A stretch of DNA of 64,000 nt, taken from NCBI RefSeq assembly GCF_009914755.1, contig NC_060930.1; one strand, 5' to 3'. The notes beneath the pieces were generated by a model, which was not told where the DNA came from, did not search any database, and saw nothing but the letters and a program-made list of their open reading frames with translations. This document shows positions 12,423 to 29,862 of the stretch, piece by piece; within the stretch, counting starts at the first letter, position 1, and each line of letters opens with the position of its first letter. Both the position numbers and the translations under genes were made by a program. Origin of the DNA: the human T2T-CHM13v2.0 reference genome, Homo sapiens.

Positions 12423-12586
12423 AAGGCTCAAAGTAATGGACCTGAAAAGCAGGAAAAAGAAGGGGTTATCCAGAACTTCAAGAGAACTCTCTCAAAGAAA
12501 GAAAAGAAGGAAAAAAAGAAGAGAGAAAAAGAGGCATTGCGACAGGCATCTGATAAAGATGATAGACCTTTCCAAGGGGAGGATGT
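12423..12586 (+). CDS. AFDN: AFDN exon 4 (164 nt; 161 from 12426): KAQSNGPEKQEK...KKEKKEKKKREKE...FQGEDV
   Basis: CAG/AAG tandem acceptor; GT|gtaagt donor; basic/charged linker. Confidence 0.95.
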
Positions 12587-14313
12587 GTAAGTCAGTTTTG
12601 GAAATGTTCCCCTTTCTTTGTGCTCCAAATCAGATGTTTTTGTTGCACCAAAATTGTTAAATTTTCAGATAAATTATGGAAAGGATGAGTATCAGTCAGG
12701 AAATGTGTTTGGGTCTACTCCCAGCTCTTCTGTGTGGAGGGAGGATAGAGGGTCTTACCTAAGCAGGGTTCATTGCTGGCAGTGCCTGTCTTGCTGTGCT
12801 TGGGAAGAATCTCTGCACCCACAGTCTTGCTAGTCTTAAATAAGCAAACTCTAGTTAACATTATTATTTTTCTTTTTCATCTTCAGCTGGGTTTTTTCCT
12901 CATTTCTGTGGTTTTGGCCATGAGGCAGCAGTTGTCTCATATGTACCTCAGATACACTTAATGCCTAGTCAGAGGCTGACAAGGTGAAAAGCAGGTTTTC
13001 CCTTTTAAGCTTCAGATCACCATCTAGTTCCCTCCACTCCCACCTCCCATTTCTTATTTTGTCACACCAGTTCCATTGTAGATGGTTACCTATTTTAAGT
13101 GTTTGAGGATCTGACACAGAGCTGAGGGAATAAGTTAAATCATTGCATTTTTACTATAACAAAAAGAGTCACTGGGAGAAACTAGACTTTCCCCTTAATG
13201 TGGAGTTTCTAGTTCCTGTTTTCACCCTCAGCAGTTTTTGGTTTTTTAGTTAGTGCATTTGGTTATCATATGCCTGTTCTTAGGCAGCTTGCTGTTGCCT
13301 TGGTCTTGACTACATGGTATTCTATACATTACTTTTCCGTAATCAAATAATGTATACTCTTTTTAGAAAGTCAGAATATATAGATTTGCCAAAAAGGGTG
13401 AAGAACGTAAAGAACTCACCTGTCATCACATGAACCCAGAGAGAATCATAATCTAGTTTGTTTTTTCTCTATAAATGTTTCTATTTCATATACTTGTCTG
13501 GAGAGGCTTTAAACAGAAATGTAACCACAGTTTCTTCAACTGGATTTTCACTTGATATTTTTTCCACTAACATGTTTATATTTCACAAAAACATTTTTAA
13601 ACGATTATACAGTATTATATAGTTCTTCCATAATTTATGTAACTAGTCCATTTTTGGTGTACTTATAGATTGTTCATAGTGGTTCTTTGTTTTGTTTTTA
13701 AATAAATGTTCCAGTGAATATCCTTGTTCTACGACTTAGGGAACTTATCTGATTATTTTCTTAGGGTGCATTCTAGAAGAATGGTTGGGTGACAGGGTTC
13801 AGATACTCTCATGTGTTCTGAACCCATCGGCAGACAGCCCCGTACTGTCATGGAGCCCAGAAGACTTCTCTTTTCCTTACACCTGCAACTCTTAGATGTC
13901 ACAGAACAGTATATTATCTCTACAGTATATAATACCTTCCATAAATTGAATTTGTTATTAATAAGGCAACATCTTTCCACATATTTATTAACCATTTGTA
14001 TTCTTTTGTTGGAGTGGCCTGTCCAAGGCTTTTTCCCATTTTAAAATTGATTCTAAGTGTCCTGTATGTATTGAGGATATTAACCATTTGTCAGTGAATA
14101 AGGTATACTTTAAAGTGGAATTTGAGCCTATTTTGTGTTGCATCAAAAGGGGGTTTAGATATGAATCTACTAGACAGTGATGCCTATGTAATCACTTGAG
14201 TCTAGTATTACATAATAAGACTCTATTAAATGCAGTTATGCAAGAGAAAAAAATGTACAAAGATACGTTGCTCATACATGAACAAAAATCAAAGAAAAGG
14301 AGAGTTTAAAACA

Positions 14314-14464
14314 GGCTAGGTTCATGCCTGTAGCCTCAGCTAGTCAGGAGGCTAAGGTGGGAGGATTGCTTGATCCTGGGAAATAGAGGTTGCAGTGAGC
14401 AATGACTGTGCCACTGGACTACATAGCGAGACCCTGTCTCAAAATAAACCAAAACAAACCAAAA
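14314..14464 (+). mobile_element. Alu fragment/monomer
   Basis: ggaggctaaggtgggaggattgcttga...gttgcagtgagc with A-rich tail. Confidence 0.8.
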
Positions 14465-14819
14465 GCTTCTACTTTATGACTCGCTCTATTTATCATCTTG
14501 TTTATGGGGTGATAAATTATTTAACTTAAAATGAGTTGTTCAACTTGATTAAAAGCTTGACTATTTTTAATTAAATTATTTTTTATGATGAAAAATTGTG
14601 TCTTTAAAGTATGTTTACCAAAATTTAGTTAAGTATGTCAGTTACCTAGTATTGTTTTCAGCTCATCATTCTGTACATTTGACTTCTTCACAGAAACTGT
14701 TGGAGCAATTAATTCTTTTTGAAAATTTAACTTCAAGAAAGTTAATGCTTTTAAATCTTTTAGGTGTTAAAAAAAATCATTCCATTCAATTAATTTGGGC
14801 TTTTCAAAATTTGCTATAA

Positions 14820-15122
<303 letters not shown>

Positions 15123-15542
15123 TAAATTTACTGTAATGTTAAGACAGATTTTTGCAAAATTAAGTATTCAGTCCTATATTTCTTTCTTGTGGTTGGAAGG
15201 TCATGGTAAAATATTGGTCTGTTTTAGGGTAACACTGGTGGAAGTTACTGAAATGTATAATCAATATATTTTTCTTTTAGCATTATTCATGAATAAACGC
15301 ACTATTAATGTAAACTTTTAATGATAGATGTCTGCTTAGTTCAGTATATTAGTTTGTGTTGAGAGAAACTATATTCTTTATCATATAGTAATTAGCATGT
15401 GGTAAATAGTACGTAACAGACCTCTTAGGTACAGATGTAGCCAAATAGCACCTGCCATTTTGATTTTTGTGCGGTTGCAATGTGTCTATTTCTAATAAGA
15501 AAACAGTGTTTAAAATATTTTTGGTATTTTTTTTTCTTACAG

Positions 15543-15703
15543 TGAAAATTCTCGACTGGCTGCTGAGGTTTACAAAGACATGCCGGAAACCAGCTTTACT
15601 CGAACCATTTCTAATCCTGAGGTGGTTATGAAACGACGGAGGCAGCAAAAATTGGAAAAGAGAATGCAGGAATTTCGGAGCTCAGATGGGCGGCCTGATT
15701 CAG
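15543..15703 (+). CDS. AFDN: AFDN exon 5 (161 nt): ENSRLAAEVYKDMPETSFTRTISNPEVV...GRPDS
   Basis: T-rich tract plus cag acceptor; CAG|gtacaa donor; phase 2 to 1. Confidence 0.96.
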
Positions 15704-18700
15704 GTACAACTTGGTATTTTTTCTCTGTTCTACCTGTTACAAAGAGCATTGTTTAATTACACTGTACGTGCGTGAGACTTGCTTTAACTAAAGCAATGGG
15801 TGGTGTAACCTTTTCATAACAAATGTGTACCATATACTTCTGGTACAAAATCAGCCTACCCTATGTACAAGAGTCCTGTTCACATAGGGATATGTTTAGT
15901 TTCATACTTTTACCCAATACAGCTCTTAAAAAAAAAAAACTAGAAAATTTCAAGTATATACAAAAAAAGAGAAAGATACAATAAACTCCCGTGTACGTAT
16001 CACTGAGGTTTCTTCTGTTCTCCAAAATACATTGCCTCCATTCTCAAACTATTATTGGGAAGCAAATCCCTAACTTCTCATTCTTTCAACTATAAATATT
16101 TTGGTATATTTTCCTGAAGGATAAAGATTCCTTAAAAACAAAACAAAATATAACCATAGTATCATTATCATATATAAAATAATTGATAATAATTCCTTAA
16201 TACTATCAAATAACTAGTCATTGTTTAAATTTTCCTGATTGCCTCAGATGATTCTTCTGTTTGAGATGGGATCTAAATGAGACGTAACACATTGAATGCA
16301 TGGTCACTTGCTTCTGCATCCATCGCAGACACTGCTCAGGACTCTATTTCTCCTGAGCATATTTCAGCCTAGTGTCCAGACAGCCACCATCTGGGGGGAA
16401 CGTTGGCCCACCCTAGTGTTAGTGCTTATTTTGACCCTTAGCACCCTATAACTGAGTCGTAATTAACATATTTCACAGGACTTGTAGTGCCAGTGATTCA
16501 AAAAAGATCTCAGAGAGTACGGGACTTCTTGGTTCCATAAATATTCTAATAGATTACATTTGAGACCCAAGTGATTCTTTGTTTATATATATTTTGTCTT
16601 GTTCTGTCAAGAATTTGAAATAATTTCTAAATCTATGCACCAAAAAAGACAAAACAAGGAGTCTGAAAGAAAATACAAAGAAGAACAGTAGTAAAAATTT
16701 TTTAAAAGACAAGAGGAATGCTAAGAAATGGCTACATGTGCTAACCACGTACCAGACCTGAAGGCACTTTGTATGCTGTAAGAAGGAGTTTGACATTATT
16801 ACTGAAATGAATTTCTGAATGTATTCTATGGTTCCCTTAAAGAATACTCAGGTATGGGCTAGAGGTAGTGAGTCATGGTAAACATAGCTAGCTTAGAGTA
16901 TCAATTTTTATATCTAACTTTAAAAAATATTTGTTAGAATGAAATATGCTTTAATGTGGTTAGAATGTAACATTTACATTTTTTTTTTTTACGATAAAAT
17001 AGGAAGTTTTTGTATGTCAGTTAGCTTATGTCCCCAGATTCCCCCATGTATTTTGCACTGCCATTGGGGGTATTTTGATGGAAAAATTTGATATGCTTTG
17101 TTAATAAGCTGTTGAAGAGTTTTAAGCTAGGGGTTTAGAAGGCTTTCATTGTAGCCTAAGCTTTATATCTGGAGAGATGACTGTGGAAGCAGAGTGGAAG
17201 ATGGATTTGAGGGAATTCTGATTAGGAGCAGGCATGCCCATTAAAAGTATTGCTTTGGCCATATAAGGAATAAGGGGCCTCTGAGCTCTGTCATTGACAG
17301 TGGGACTGTAAAGAGAGAAGGGTCTGAAGAAATATTTAAGAGGTAGAATTATCAGGAACTGGCAATAGACTGGATTTTACTGAGGAGGGGAGGCATTTAG
17401 GATGGCCCCTCTGCTTTTTATTGGAAAGATGTTGATGGACTGTAGAATGAAAGAATGTTTGGGGGTGGAAGGTAGGTTTTGTTTATGTTTGTCACATAAA
17501 GTGCTGGTAGGATATGGGATATATTTTAGGCTACTGTTCCAGTGGCACATGGCGATTAGGGTTTGGGAGTGATCAGTGTTAGGAGACAGTGTATAGATGA
17601 TTCAGAAACTTAAGGGAAAGCCATTGATTGTTAAGAGGAGTCATCAAAGCAAACAGGAAAAGCTGCAAAGAATTAGGAGGAGAAATAGCAGAACATCAAA
17701 GTACAGCTTGTCTGTTAAAGGGGTGATTGGGGGTAGAAGGAGCATTTTTCTATATGTAGACTCTGAGGAAACTCTTAACTAAATATTGATAACAAAAAAT
17801 GGCCCTTTATGGTTAATACTAAGGAAGCCAAAAGTATTAATGAAGTCCAAGGTTTTTATTTGTTAGTTTTAACAAATAACTTCCTCTGAAAAAATATATC
17901 CTTACAGCCTACTGCAGCTATCAGCTTAGCTATCAGGTTAATTCTTTAGTGTGGGCTGGAGACAAGGGCACCTGTGAACACCACTTCTCTGAGAGTGACA
18001 GCTGTGTCTGTTATTTTTTTCTCTTTTACCCCAAGGATTAGTTTCTCAAGTTCTGATGACAGAACCTGCATGTCCTCCTTAATTTGTTTTTGTTAAACTC
18101 ACCTCACAGCTGATCAGGCATCACAATTCATAACAAGCTTTGCCCCTGAACTTTGTGTTTTTGACACTCAGTTATATTTGCTTCATGATGGCTTCAAAAT
18201 GTAATTGACCCCAAAATGCCCTATATATCTCAGTTAATTCATTTGTGGTACAAATACTCTACTACCATTTATTGTTATGGTTTTTTTTTTTCACTGATAA
18301 ATTAACAGAATTGTAAGAGAAGTTTTAGTTGATTCTTCCTCTTGGGTTTTTTAGCGCGCAGTCTTGTGAGTAGCGGGGCACTGTGAAGTGCAGAAGAACA
18401 TGGACCTGGGGTCAGGGTGCAGTTGGAACCACTGTGTACAAACCAAGAGCCACAGTTTCTTCATCTTCAAAACGGGGCACTAACCAAAATCATATAGATG
18501 TTACTGCAGTCTACCCAATTGTTTGCTCATCCTATTGTACATCTTTTTTTTTGTGAATTACTTGAGGTCTGTATTTGGATGTGGAGTGTAATTAAATAAG
18601 GAGTGTGCCTTCTGGTGTCATGGAAAACACAGTTTAAATGGACTCCACTCCTGTTGCTAATGTCCCTATCTTCATCCAAAAGCCAGGATCTTCTTTGGAA

Positions 18701-18794
18701 AGCACAAGTGACATTTTGTCCACCTCCTTAGACATATGCACGCAGACACAGTCATACATGTGCACTCTTGCATGCACGCACGCACACACACCCA

Positions 18795-18827
<33 letters not shown>

Positions 18828-18835
18828 TCTCTCTC
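18795..18835. repeat. (CT)n microsatellite preceded by CA/CG-rich run
   Basis: Seen directly; one g interruption. Confidence 0.9.
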
Positions 18836-18849
18836 ATACACATAGAACT

Positions 18850-19390
18850 TAAACCCTTCCAGTGGCTTTCACTTTAACTAGAATAATTCAAACTCATGAT
18901 GTGATCATGGTCTGGGAAGTCCTGTATGATCTGGTCTCAGTTGGTTCCTGACCTCATCTGCCCCTTTTCCCCTCGCTCTGTCTGTACTGGCCAGTGAACC
19001 CAACCAGACTTGCCCAGCCCTGGGCCTTAGCAGTTGCTGGTCCCCTGCTGAGACAAAGCCCTTCCTTTAGATTTTCACATGGCCACTTCTGTCTGGTTGT
19101 TCAGGTCTGAGTTCAAATGTTTATTCTTCAGAGAGTTCTTGGCCAGTCACCCAAGCTTAGGATGCTCTCGGTCATGTTCTTTCTCACAACCTTATATTTT
19201 TCACAATGTGTGTCACTATTTTAAAGGTATTTATTTGTTTTCTTGTTAGTCTTCTTCCTCTGCATCCTACTTCCCAACCACAGGATGTAAGCTGTTGAGG
19301 CAGGAATATCATCTGACCTGCTTATTGCTGTTCCTCTGCATTGGAACAGGAGAGCCCCTGGGCAGTGTGAGTGTGCACATGGTAAAGATG
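18850..19390 (+). mobile_element. L2 3' fragment
   Basis: ccttccagtggctttc...tcaggtctgagttcaaatgtt...aagctgttgaggcagg motifs. Confidence 0.55.
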
Positions 19391-20571
19391 TGCTGCAACC
19401 TGTGATTCCCCTGGTCTGGCTTAGCAGGTCCATATTCTAATACTACTGTGGACTAGTTGGTTTCTTAAAAGACCAACATGATTTTATTGTGAGCTAAGCT
19501 ATCAAAATGCAATTCATGCCAGACTTGTTGAAAAAGAGAGTATGAGAAATATTCAGTAACTGAAATAACTGCATTAGAATTAAAAAGTAATAGAATCATG
19601 GAAATTAAGAATTTGCTTCAAGAAACCCACAGATTTTCTAATCTAGCTCTCTTAAATTACAGGTGAGAAAATTGAGAGTTAAAGAAGCCAGAGTGCATAC
19701 CTAGGGTCACAGTGTCATAATGGGACTGTGGAACCTATCTTAATTTCTTCCCTCAGTATCCTTCCATCTGGACTTCAGATTTCAGGTTATATTAATCTTG
19801 GACCATAGGTAGAAAGCAGGTTATGACGCCAAAAGTGACAATATTATGACATATACATGTAGATTTCCATTAAAAAGAAACAAAAGAAAATGTCAGGATA
19901 TCCAAATTGCTCTGCTGTAGTTGGTTTTCTTTTTTTCTCCTAAATAAGTTCACAGCTATAAAGGACATTGTAGTTTGTAGTGCCTGGAAGTAAAAATAGA
20001 ACTCTGCTCTGTTGGCAAATCTCTTTTGAAAAATCTTTGGCCTTGAGCACTTGAGATCTCCTGGTTCCTACTTCACTTTTTAAAAATGGATTTATTTAGT
20101 GGGTTAATATTTAACTTTATCTGGGTTTTTAGTTTTTTTCAGATTGATGATCAGGAAGTAGGAAAATGGGAGAAATAGGTATATAATAATATATAGGTAA
20201 GGAAATCGCAAAGCAATTGAATAAAGAGCAGCACCATAGAGAAATTCTGGAGTTCCTTCCTTTTCTTTCCTCACTATAGATACGGAAATCAATTCATTGT
20301 TTTTAAAAACTCCTTTAGCTTGAAGAGAGAAGATGAAAATGGTCTTTGTCATGCTGGATTGTTCATGGTTTCTAAGTGTCACTAGATCAACTAGTTACTG
20401 CTATTATATGTTATCTAACAGGAAATGAAACAATAGTTATTAGGCAGATTGTCTTTGCACTCATTTTAGCTAGAATGCAGGTACCTTTTTCTCAAGTGAC
20501 TGTAAATGTTAGCTATCTCTGTTACTGGCATAAAGTAAGTTGTACTCAAAGATGTCAAAATGTTTTTTCAG

Positions 20572-20729
20572 GTGGAACATTGAGAATTTATGCAGATAGT
20601 TTAAAACCAAATATTCCCTACAAGACAATCCTGCTGTCTACTACAGATCCTGCAGACTTTGCTGTGGCTGAAGCTTTAGAGAAGTATGGTCTGGAAAAAG
20701 AAAACCCTAAGGATTACTGCATCGCCCGG
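20572..20729 (+). CDS. AFDN: AFDN exon 6 (158 nt), RA2 start: GGTLRIYADSLKPNIPYKTILL...DYCIAR
   Basis: ttttttcag acceptor; CGG|gtaagg donor; inside ORF 20376..20834. Confidence 0.97.
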
Positions 20730-20994
20730 GTAAGGAACTTTATCAAATCAGTAGTTCTTTCTACTTCACATTTAAATGGTAGATTTTCTTTAAATCAAAT
20801 TAAACCTAGATTTTCAGCCTACCATATCATTTAGAATCTGATAATTTACAAATCATGTGCTAAATATATATTTTTAAAAAGCAGTCTCCCTTCCATTACA
20901 AAAGCAATACATATTTCTATTATAAAATAAGAAAAATATTAAAAGGCAAATTAAAGAAAATGAAAATTACCCCAAAATCAATTGACCACATATA

Positions 20995-21400
20995 CTTGTG
21001 GTTCTTATTCTGGTCTCTTTTCTGTTCCATTGATACATATGTCTATCTTTTTACCAATACCAAGCTGCCTTAATTACTGTAGATTTATAAGTCTAAAATT
21101 ATGTAAAGTATGTGCCAATTTTGTTCATGATTTTAAAAAATTGCTTTGTTTATTCTAGGTTGTTTATGTTTCTTTATAAATTTTAGGATCAGTTTGTCAG
21201 TGTCTACCCAAAACCTTCTGAGATTGTGATTGGGTTTGCATTGCCTCTGTAGATCAACTTTGAGAGACTTCTCATCCTAATAATATTTAGTCTTCCAATT
21301 TGTGAGCAGAGTGTATCTCTTTATTTACTTAGTGCTTTAAATTCTCTCAGCAGTGTTTCATAGTATTCAGTGTAGAGGTCTTGTGCCTCTCTTGTTAGCT
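20995..21400 (-). mobile_element. L1M ORF2 fragment
   Basis: ctgttccattg...ttttaggatcagtttgtcag...gattgggtttgcattg typical of antisense L1. Confidence 0.75.
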
Positions 21401-21519
21401 ACAGGTAGAATTAAATAAAAGGGTGTGTTGTTTGAGTTTTATAACTTTTATGTTTTTGCTGAGAAGCTAAGAAGTTACATTGAGTTGGAAAAACTAGTGA
21501 TTTGAAGCTTATGAATACA

Positions 21520-23480
<1,961 letters not shown>

Positions 23481-23714
23481 TAAGGACACATTGTTTAGAA
23501 ATATGGTGGTAAATACTAGTTGTGACATCTAAAATAAACAAATAGCCAGTAAATTCCTGAGGCTATTTCTATGAGCATTTATTTTTGCAGTATTCTGTGC
23601 ATAGCAATAAAAAAGCAGACAACAAGCCCAGCACTAAGGAATGCTTCTACCACTCAGTGACGTGTTGCTCTGCAACATCAGTTAAATCTCTACTAGTTGA
23701 CCTGGAGGTATATA

Positions 23715-26044
23715 CAGGCACACCTCAGAGATGTTGCAGGTTCGATGCCAGAGACCGTCACGGTAAATCTGGCATCGCAGTATAGTGAATCACAGGAGTG
23801 TTTTGGTTTCCCAATACGTATAAAAGTTATGCTTTTAGTAAAGTGTGCAGTAGCATTGTGTTTAAGAAAAAATGGACCTACCTTAATATAAAAATACTTT
23901 ATTACTTAAAAAATGCTAACAGTCATCTGAGCCTTCAGCAAGTTATAATCTTTTTGCTGGTGCAGGGGCTTGCGTGGATGTTGATAGCCACTGACTGACC
24001 AGGGTGGTGGTTGCTGAAGGTGAGTTAGGTTGGCTGTGGCAACTCCCTAAAATACAACAAATGAAGTTTGCTGCATTGATTGACTCTTCCTTTCACAAAA
24101 CATTTCTCTGTAGCATATGATACTGTTAGATAACATTTTATGTACAGTAAAATGTCTTTCGGAATTGAAGTCAGTCCTCCCAACCCCTGCCACTGCTTTA
24201 TCAACTAAGTTTATATAATATTTGAAATCCTTCGTTTTCATTTCAACAGTGTTCACAGCATCTTCACCAGGAGTTGATTCCATAAGAAACTACTTTCTTT
24301 GCTTATTCACAAGAGGCAACTCCTTGTTTGTTCAGCTTTTATCATGAGATTGCAGCATTTCAGTCACATCTTCAGACCCCATTTATAATCTTAGTTCTCT
24401 TCCTGTTTTCACCTCATCTTCATGTACTTCCTTCACTAAAGTCTTGAACAGCTCCAAATCATCCATAGGGTTTGAATCAGTTTCTTCCAAACTCCTTTCA
24501 CTATTGATATTTTTCCTTATCCCGTGAATCATGAATATTCTAATGGCATCTAGAATGGTGAATACTTTCCAGGTTTTCACCCCAGATTTATCAGAGAATC
24601 ACTATCTATGGCAGCTATAGCCTCATTAAATGTGTTTCTTAAATAATAAGACTTGAAAGTCAAAATCACTCCTTGTTCCATGGGCTGCAGAGTGGGTGTT
24701 GCTTTAGTAAGCATGAAAACAATGTTAATCTTGTACCTCTCCACCAGAGCCTGGGTGACTAGGTGCCTTGTCAGTGAGCAGTAATATTTTCAAAGGGTTC
24801 TTATTTTTTTTTCTTCTTTCCTCTGAGCAGTAGGTCCCAACAGTGGGCTCAAAATAGTAAGCCATGCTGTAAATAGATGTGTTGACATCTAGGATTTGTT
24901 GTTCATTTATAGAGCACAGGCAGAGTTGATTTGTATAATTCTTAAAAGCTCCAGAATTTTCAGAAAGGTAAGTGAGCATTGGCCTCAACTTAAAGTCACC
25001 AGCTTCATTCGCCCCTAACAAAAGAATCAGCCTGTTCTTTGAAGCTTCGAAGCCAGGCTTTGCCTTCTCCTCTCTAGCTAGAGAGTCCTAGATGGCTGCT
25101 TTTTCCAATAGAAGGCTGTTTCATCTTCATTGAAAATCTGTTATTTAGTGTAGTGACCATCAGTGGTCTTAGCTAGATCTTCTGGAGAACTTGCTGCAGC
25201 TTCTCCATTAGCTGCTTCACCTTGCAGTTTTATGGAGATGGCTTCATTTCTTAAACCTCACAAATCAACCTCTGCTAGCTTCAGACTTTTCTTCTGCATC
25301 CTTCTCACCTCTCTCAGCCTTCATAGAATTGAAGAGAGTTAGGGCCTTGCTCTAGAGTAGAATTGGCTGTAATATTGTGGCTGATTTGGTCATCTATCCA
25401 GACCATTCAGACTTTCTCCATATGAGCAATAAGGCTGTTTCTCTTTCTCACCATTCATATGTTCATTGGAGTAGCACTTTTAATTTCCTTTAAGAAGTTT
25501 TCCTTTGCATTCATAACTTGACTGGCACCAAGAAGCCTAGCTTTCTGCCTGTCTGGGCTTTCGACATGCCTTTCTCACTATGTTTAATCAATTTTTAGCT
25601 TTTGATTGAAAGTGAGAGATGTGCAGCTCTTCCTTTCACTTAGAGGTCATTTTAGGGTATTAATTGGCCTAATTTCAATGTTATGTCTCATAGAATAGGG
25701 AGGGCCAAGGAGAGGTAGAGAGATGGGGAGTGGAACATTCAGAACACACACACTTATCAGTTAAGCTTGCCATCTTATATGGGTGCAGTTCATGGCACCC
25801 CAAAACATTAGTAACATCAGAGATCACAGATCACCATGACAGATTTAATAATAATAATGAAAAAGTTTGAAGTATTGTGAGAATTAACACAATGTACACA
25901 CAGACACAAAGTGAGCAATGCTGTTGGAAAAATGGCATCAGTAGGCGTGCTCAACGCAGGCTTGCCGCAAACCTTCAACTTACATTTGTTTTTTCTTAAA
26001 AGAGCAATATCCGTGAGGCACAATAAAGCAACAAGGTATGCCTG
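23715..26044 (-). mobile_element. Tigger1 DNA transposon, near full length (2330 bp), transposase decayed
   Basis: TA|caggcacacct...aggtatgcctg|TA termini; minus-strand ORFs 24047, 24383 and 24725 give pogo/Tigger DDE peptides (LLGANEAGDFKLRPM; [14 protein letters not shown]). Confidence 0.95.
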
Positions 26045-26930
26045 TACATTTACGAATACCCTGTCTTTGTAAAAGCAGTCATCATAAACAAAACCAGATA
26101 ACACAATGCTGTGTATATGTTTACATGAGCAAAGAGAAAGTTAAATGCCTAGAAAAGATACTAGCTTACAAACTAAGTGAGGGAAAGAGGGAGGAAAAGA
26201 CTTTTAACATGTGTTATATGATTAAGATCTGAATCTCATTATAAAATAAATGCATAAAGATAATTATTGAAAGTATGGTCACAAAAATATAGTAATCTCA
26301 CAGTAGTTTTTTTTTTCCCTTGTGCTTTTTCTGTATTTGAATTTTTTTACAGTGAACATGTGTTATTCAGAATCAGAAAGAAATACAGCAAAGCTCATTT
26401 CATTGGGATGGGAGAAGAGAGATAAGCATGGGTATTTGGTAATTTGGTGCACCTTTTTATTTCTTTGGCCTTTAGTAGGAAGTAGTGAGAAATAGTATCA
26501 ATAAAATTGAAGGAAAAAAGTCTTCTCAGAAGTGAAATTTTAAAATTTATACTTTAAATGAGAATTCATAGATAAACAGTGTCATGAACTAGAGTTCTGC
26601 CATACTCTGTGGGGCATTGATGGGGTAAGGGTGTAAGGTTGTTCAGTCAAGGTAATTGTATATTCTCTCTGAAGGAAAAATACCTGAGCTGGAGGATGTT
26701 GTGGTGTGTTGCCCTGACAGTTACTTGAAGTGCAAGAGAGCTCTGTTACAATCCTGGGCCTTATAAGATAATCCCTTACCATTCACAAGAACTATATAGC
26801 AAGTATGATTGTATATATAAGAGAGATAATTTACCTATAGAATAATTAAGTCCATGGATATGATGGGTTTTTTAAGTGGTCCGTATACTTAGAATTGATT
26901 AGTAACTGCTGTACAAAGTTTTCTAAGTCA

Positions 26931-27325
<395 letters not shown>

Positions 27326-27568
27326 CTATTTAATAATAAACTGTTCTATAAAATTGCATCTGATAAACTTTTTAACATCTTTTTCTTTTCAGTAATTTTT
27401 GGCTGATTTTTACTGATGAAAATGAGAAAGTGAAAGAGCACCTTAATCGGGGTTTTAAAGTTATAAAAGCCTATCTTGGGATTTTATTGACAGTCCCTTA
27501 TGAAGTCATTTGATAATTTCCATTGAGTGTTTCTTCTAGTTTTGGTTTTCTGTTCTGTTATTTCCTAA

Positions 27569-27989
<421 letters not shown>

Positions 27990-29424
27990 TAGCTGTTTTC
28001 TTATTCTTTATTCATTATTTTATCTATTTAATTATTTAATAAATTTTCTCCTTGTTAGATATTATCCTGGGATAAGAAGAAGCTGCCCTTAGAGCTTATA
28101 ATAAAGGGAGACAGAAAGACTAAGAAATAGAAAACAGGGAGCTTTTCTATTAGAATGAAAATCATTGAATGCTTTCTAGAGAAGTTGTACTTAAGCTGAA
28201 GGATGAGTGGATGTTATTAGACATGAAAGTTGGGGCAGGAGGGATCATGGAAGCATATTATATGTCGCCGAGTGTGAGGATTCTGGTTCCATGTGACTTG
28301 GCTCTAAATGTTTGATAAAGATTGAGACTAAAGAGATGAGTGAAGGTCAGATCCTGAAGTAGTATGTGTTCTAAGCCAAGATACTGAATGTAATATGAAA
28401 CACTATGAAGAAAGATTGGTTAATTTATGATAAGGTGTGTTACAGTCTATTTGTCTTTTTAAGGTAATTGAAGCAGTGTAGAGAGAAATTACAGGGTTCT
28501 GTAGAAGAGTCTAACCCATTTGGTATGTGAGCATGAGGATACATTTGGGTGGTGAGGTCTATTAAGATAACATCATTACATTAATTACAGGTTGGAAGTA
28601 ATGTTCACATGCCAGTGACTTGGCCTTCTTTTCTTATTCTCTCTAATCCTGTTTTGGTTCATGTTAGCAGTGTGTTAGAGTGAAGATGGAGCACTAGCCC
28701 AAAGTCTAGAAGAATATTGGACAACCATTATCTCCCACTCTCCTCCATATTACAGTGTTTTGGGGGCTTTCTTAGATTATTAAAAAAATTGTTTGGCTCT
28801 AGTAAAAATGTCATAAAAAAGTAATACAGCATTATGAATTAGGAGTTCAATGAATACAGTATATTGAAACAGGTGGTTAAAAGCATTTGTTGAATGAATG
28901 ACTTGCCCTGTAATATATTTAAATGGTCTGATTAAAATTTAATCATAAAGAGATTATTTCAAGAAAACGAAAACTATTCTGGCTTGTTGTATGGTGGTTA
29001 TCCTAAGATATCTCATATTGTATGAGCCCACTTTATAAAAACAATTGTTTGAATGTGAAAAGGTGGGTTAAGGACTAGAGAGATTGAAATTTGCAATAGT
29101 GAAGAAATTACACAGAAGTTAACCATTACGTACTGCCGTACTGCCTTTCCATATAAAAAGTTGTAAAAAAAAAAAATATTTAGTCTACCTCTTTTTAGGG
29201 ACCAGGTGATTAAAAGCAGCCAAATCAGCTGGCTTAGCTTTTTATTATAGACTGTTACCTTTCACTTTTATTGATGATTATTTTGATGATGAGTGAGAAT
29301 TGTTTCTAGTGCTTAATTCTACGGTGACATTTTATTCATTCAAAAGCAATAAATGTGTTCTTTTAAGTACTTGTTAACTTAGTTACTTTGGCACATTCAT
29401 AGTTAATTATTTTTGTTTTTTTAG

Positions 29425-29536
29425 GTTATGCTTCCTCCTGGAGCCCAGCATTCTGATGAAAAGGGTGCTAAAGAAATTATTCTTGATGATGATGAGTGTC
29501 CTTTACAAATCTTCAGGGAATGGCCAAGTGACAAAG
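29425..29536 (+). CDS. AFDN: AFDN exon 7 (112 nt), RA2: VMLPPGAQHSDEKGAKEIILDDDECPLQIFREWPSDK
   Basis: ttttttag acceptor; AAG|gtagta donor; overlaps ORF 29428..29664. Confidence 0.96.
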
Positions 29537-29614
29537 GTAGTAACCTTATTAAAGGATTACTTACACCAGATTCCTATGTGATATACCAGGTGTTCACCTT
29601 ATCACATGATGTAG

Positions 29615-29862
<248 letters not shown>

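Noticed and set aside
12376-12660. ORF with NLS-like RKKRRKKRREKKR
   Set aside because: Out-of-frame reading of purine-rich AFDN exon 4.
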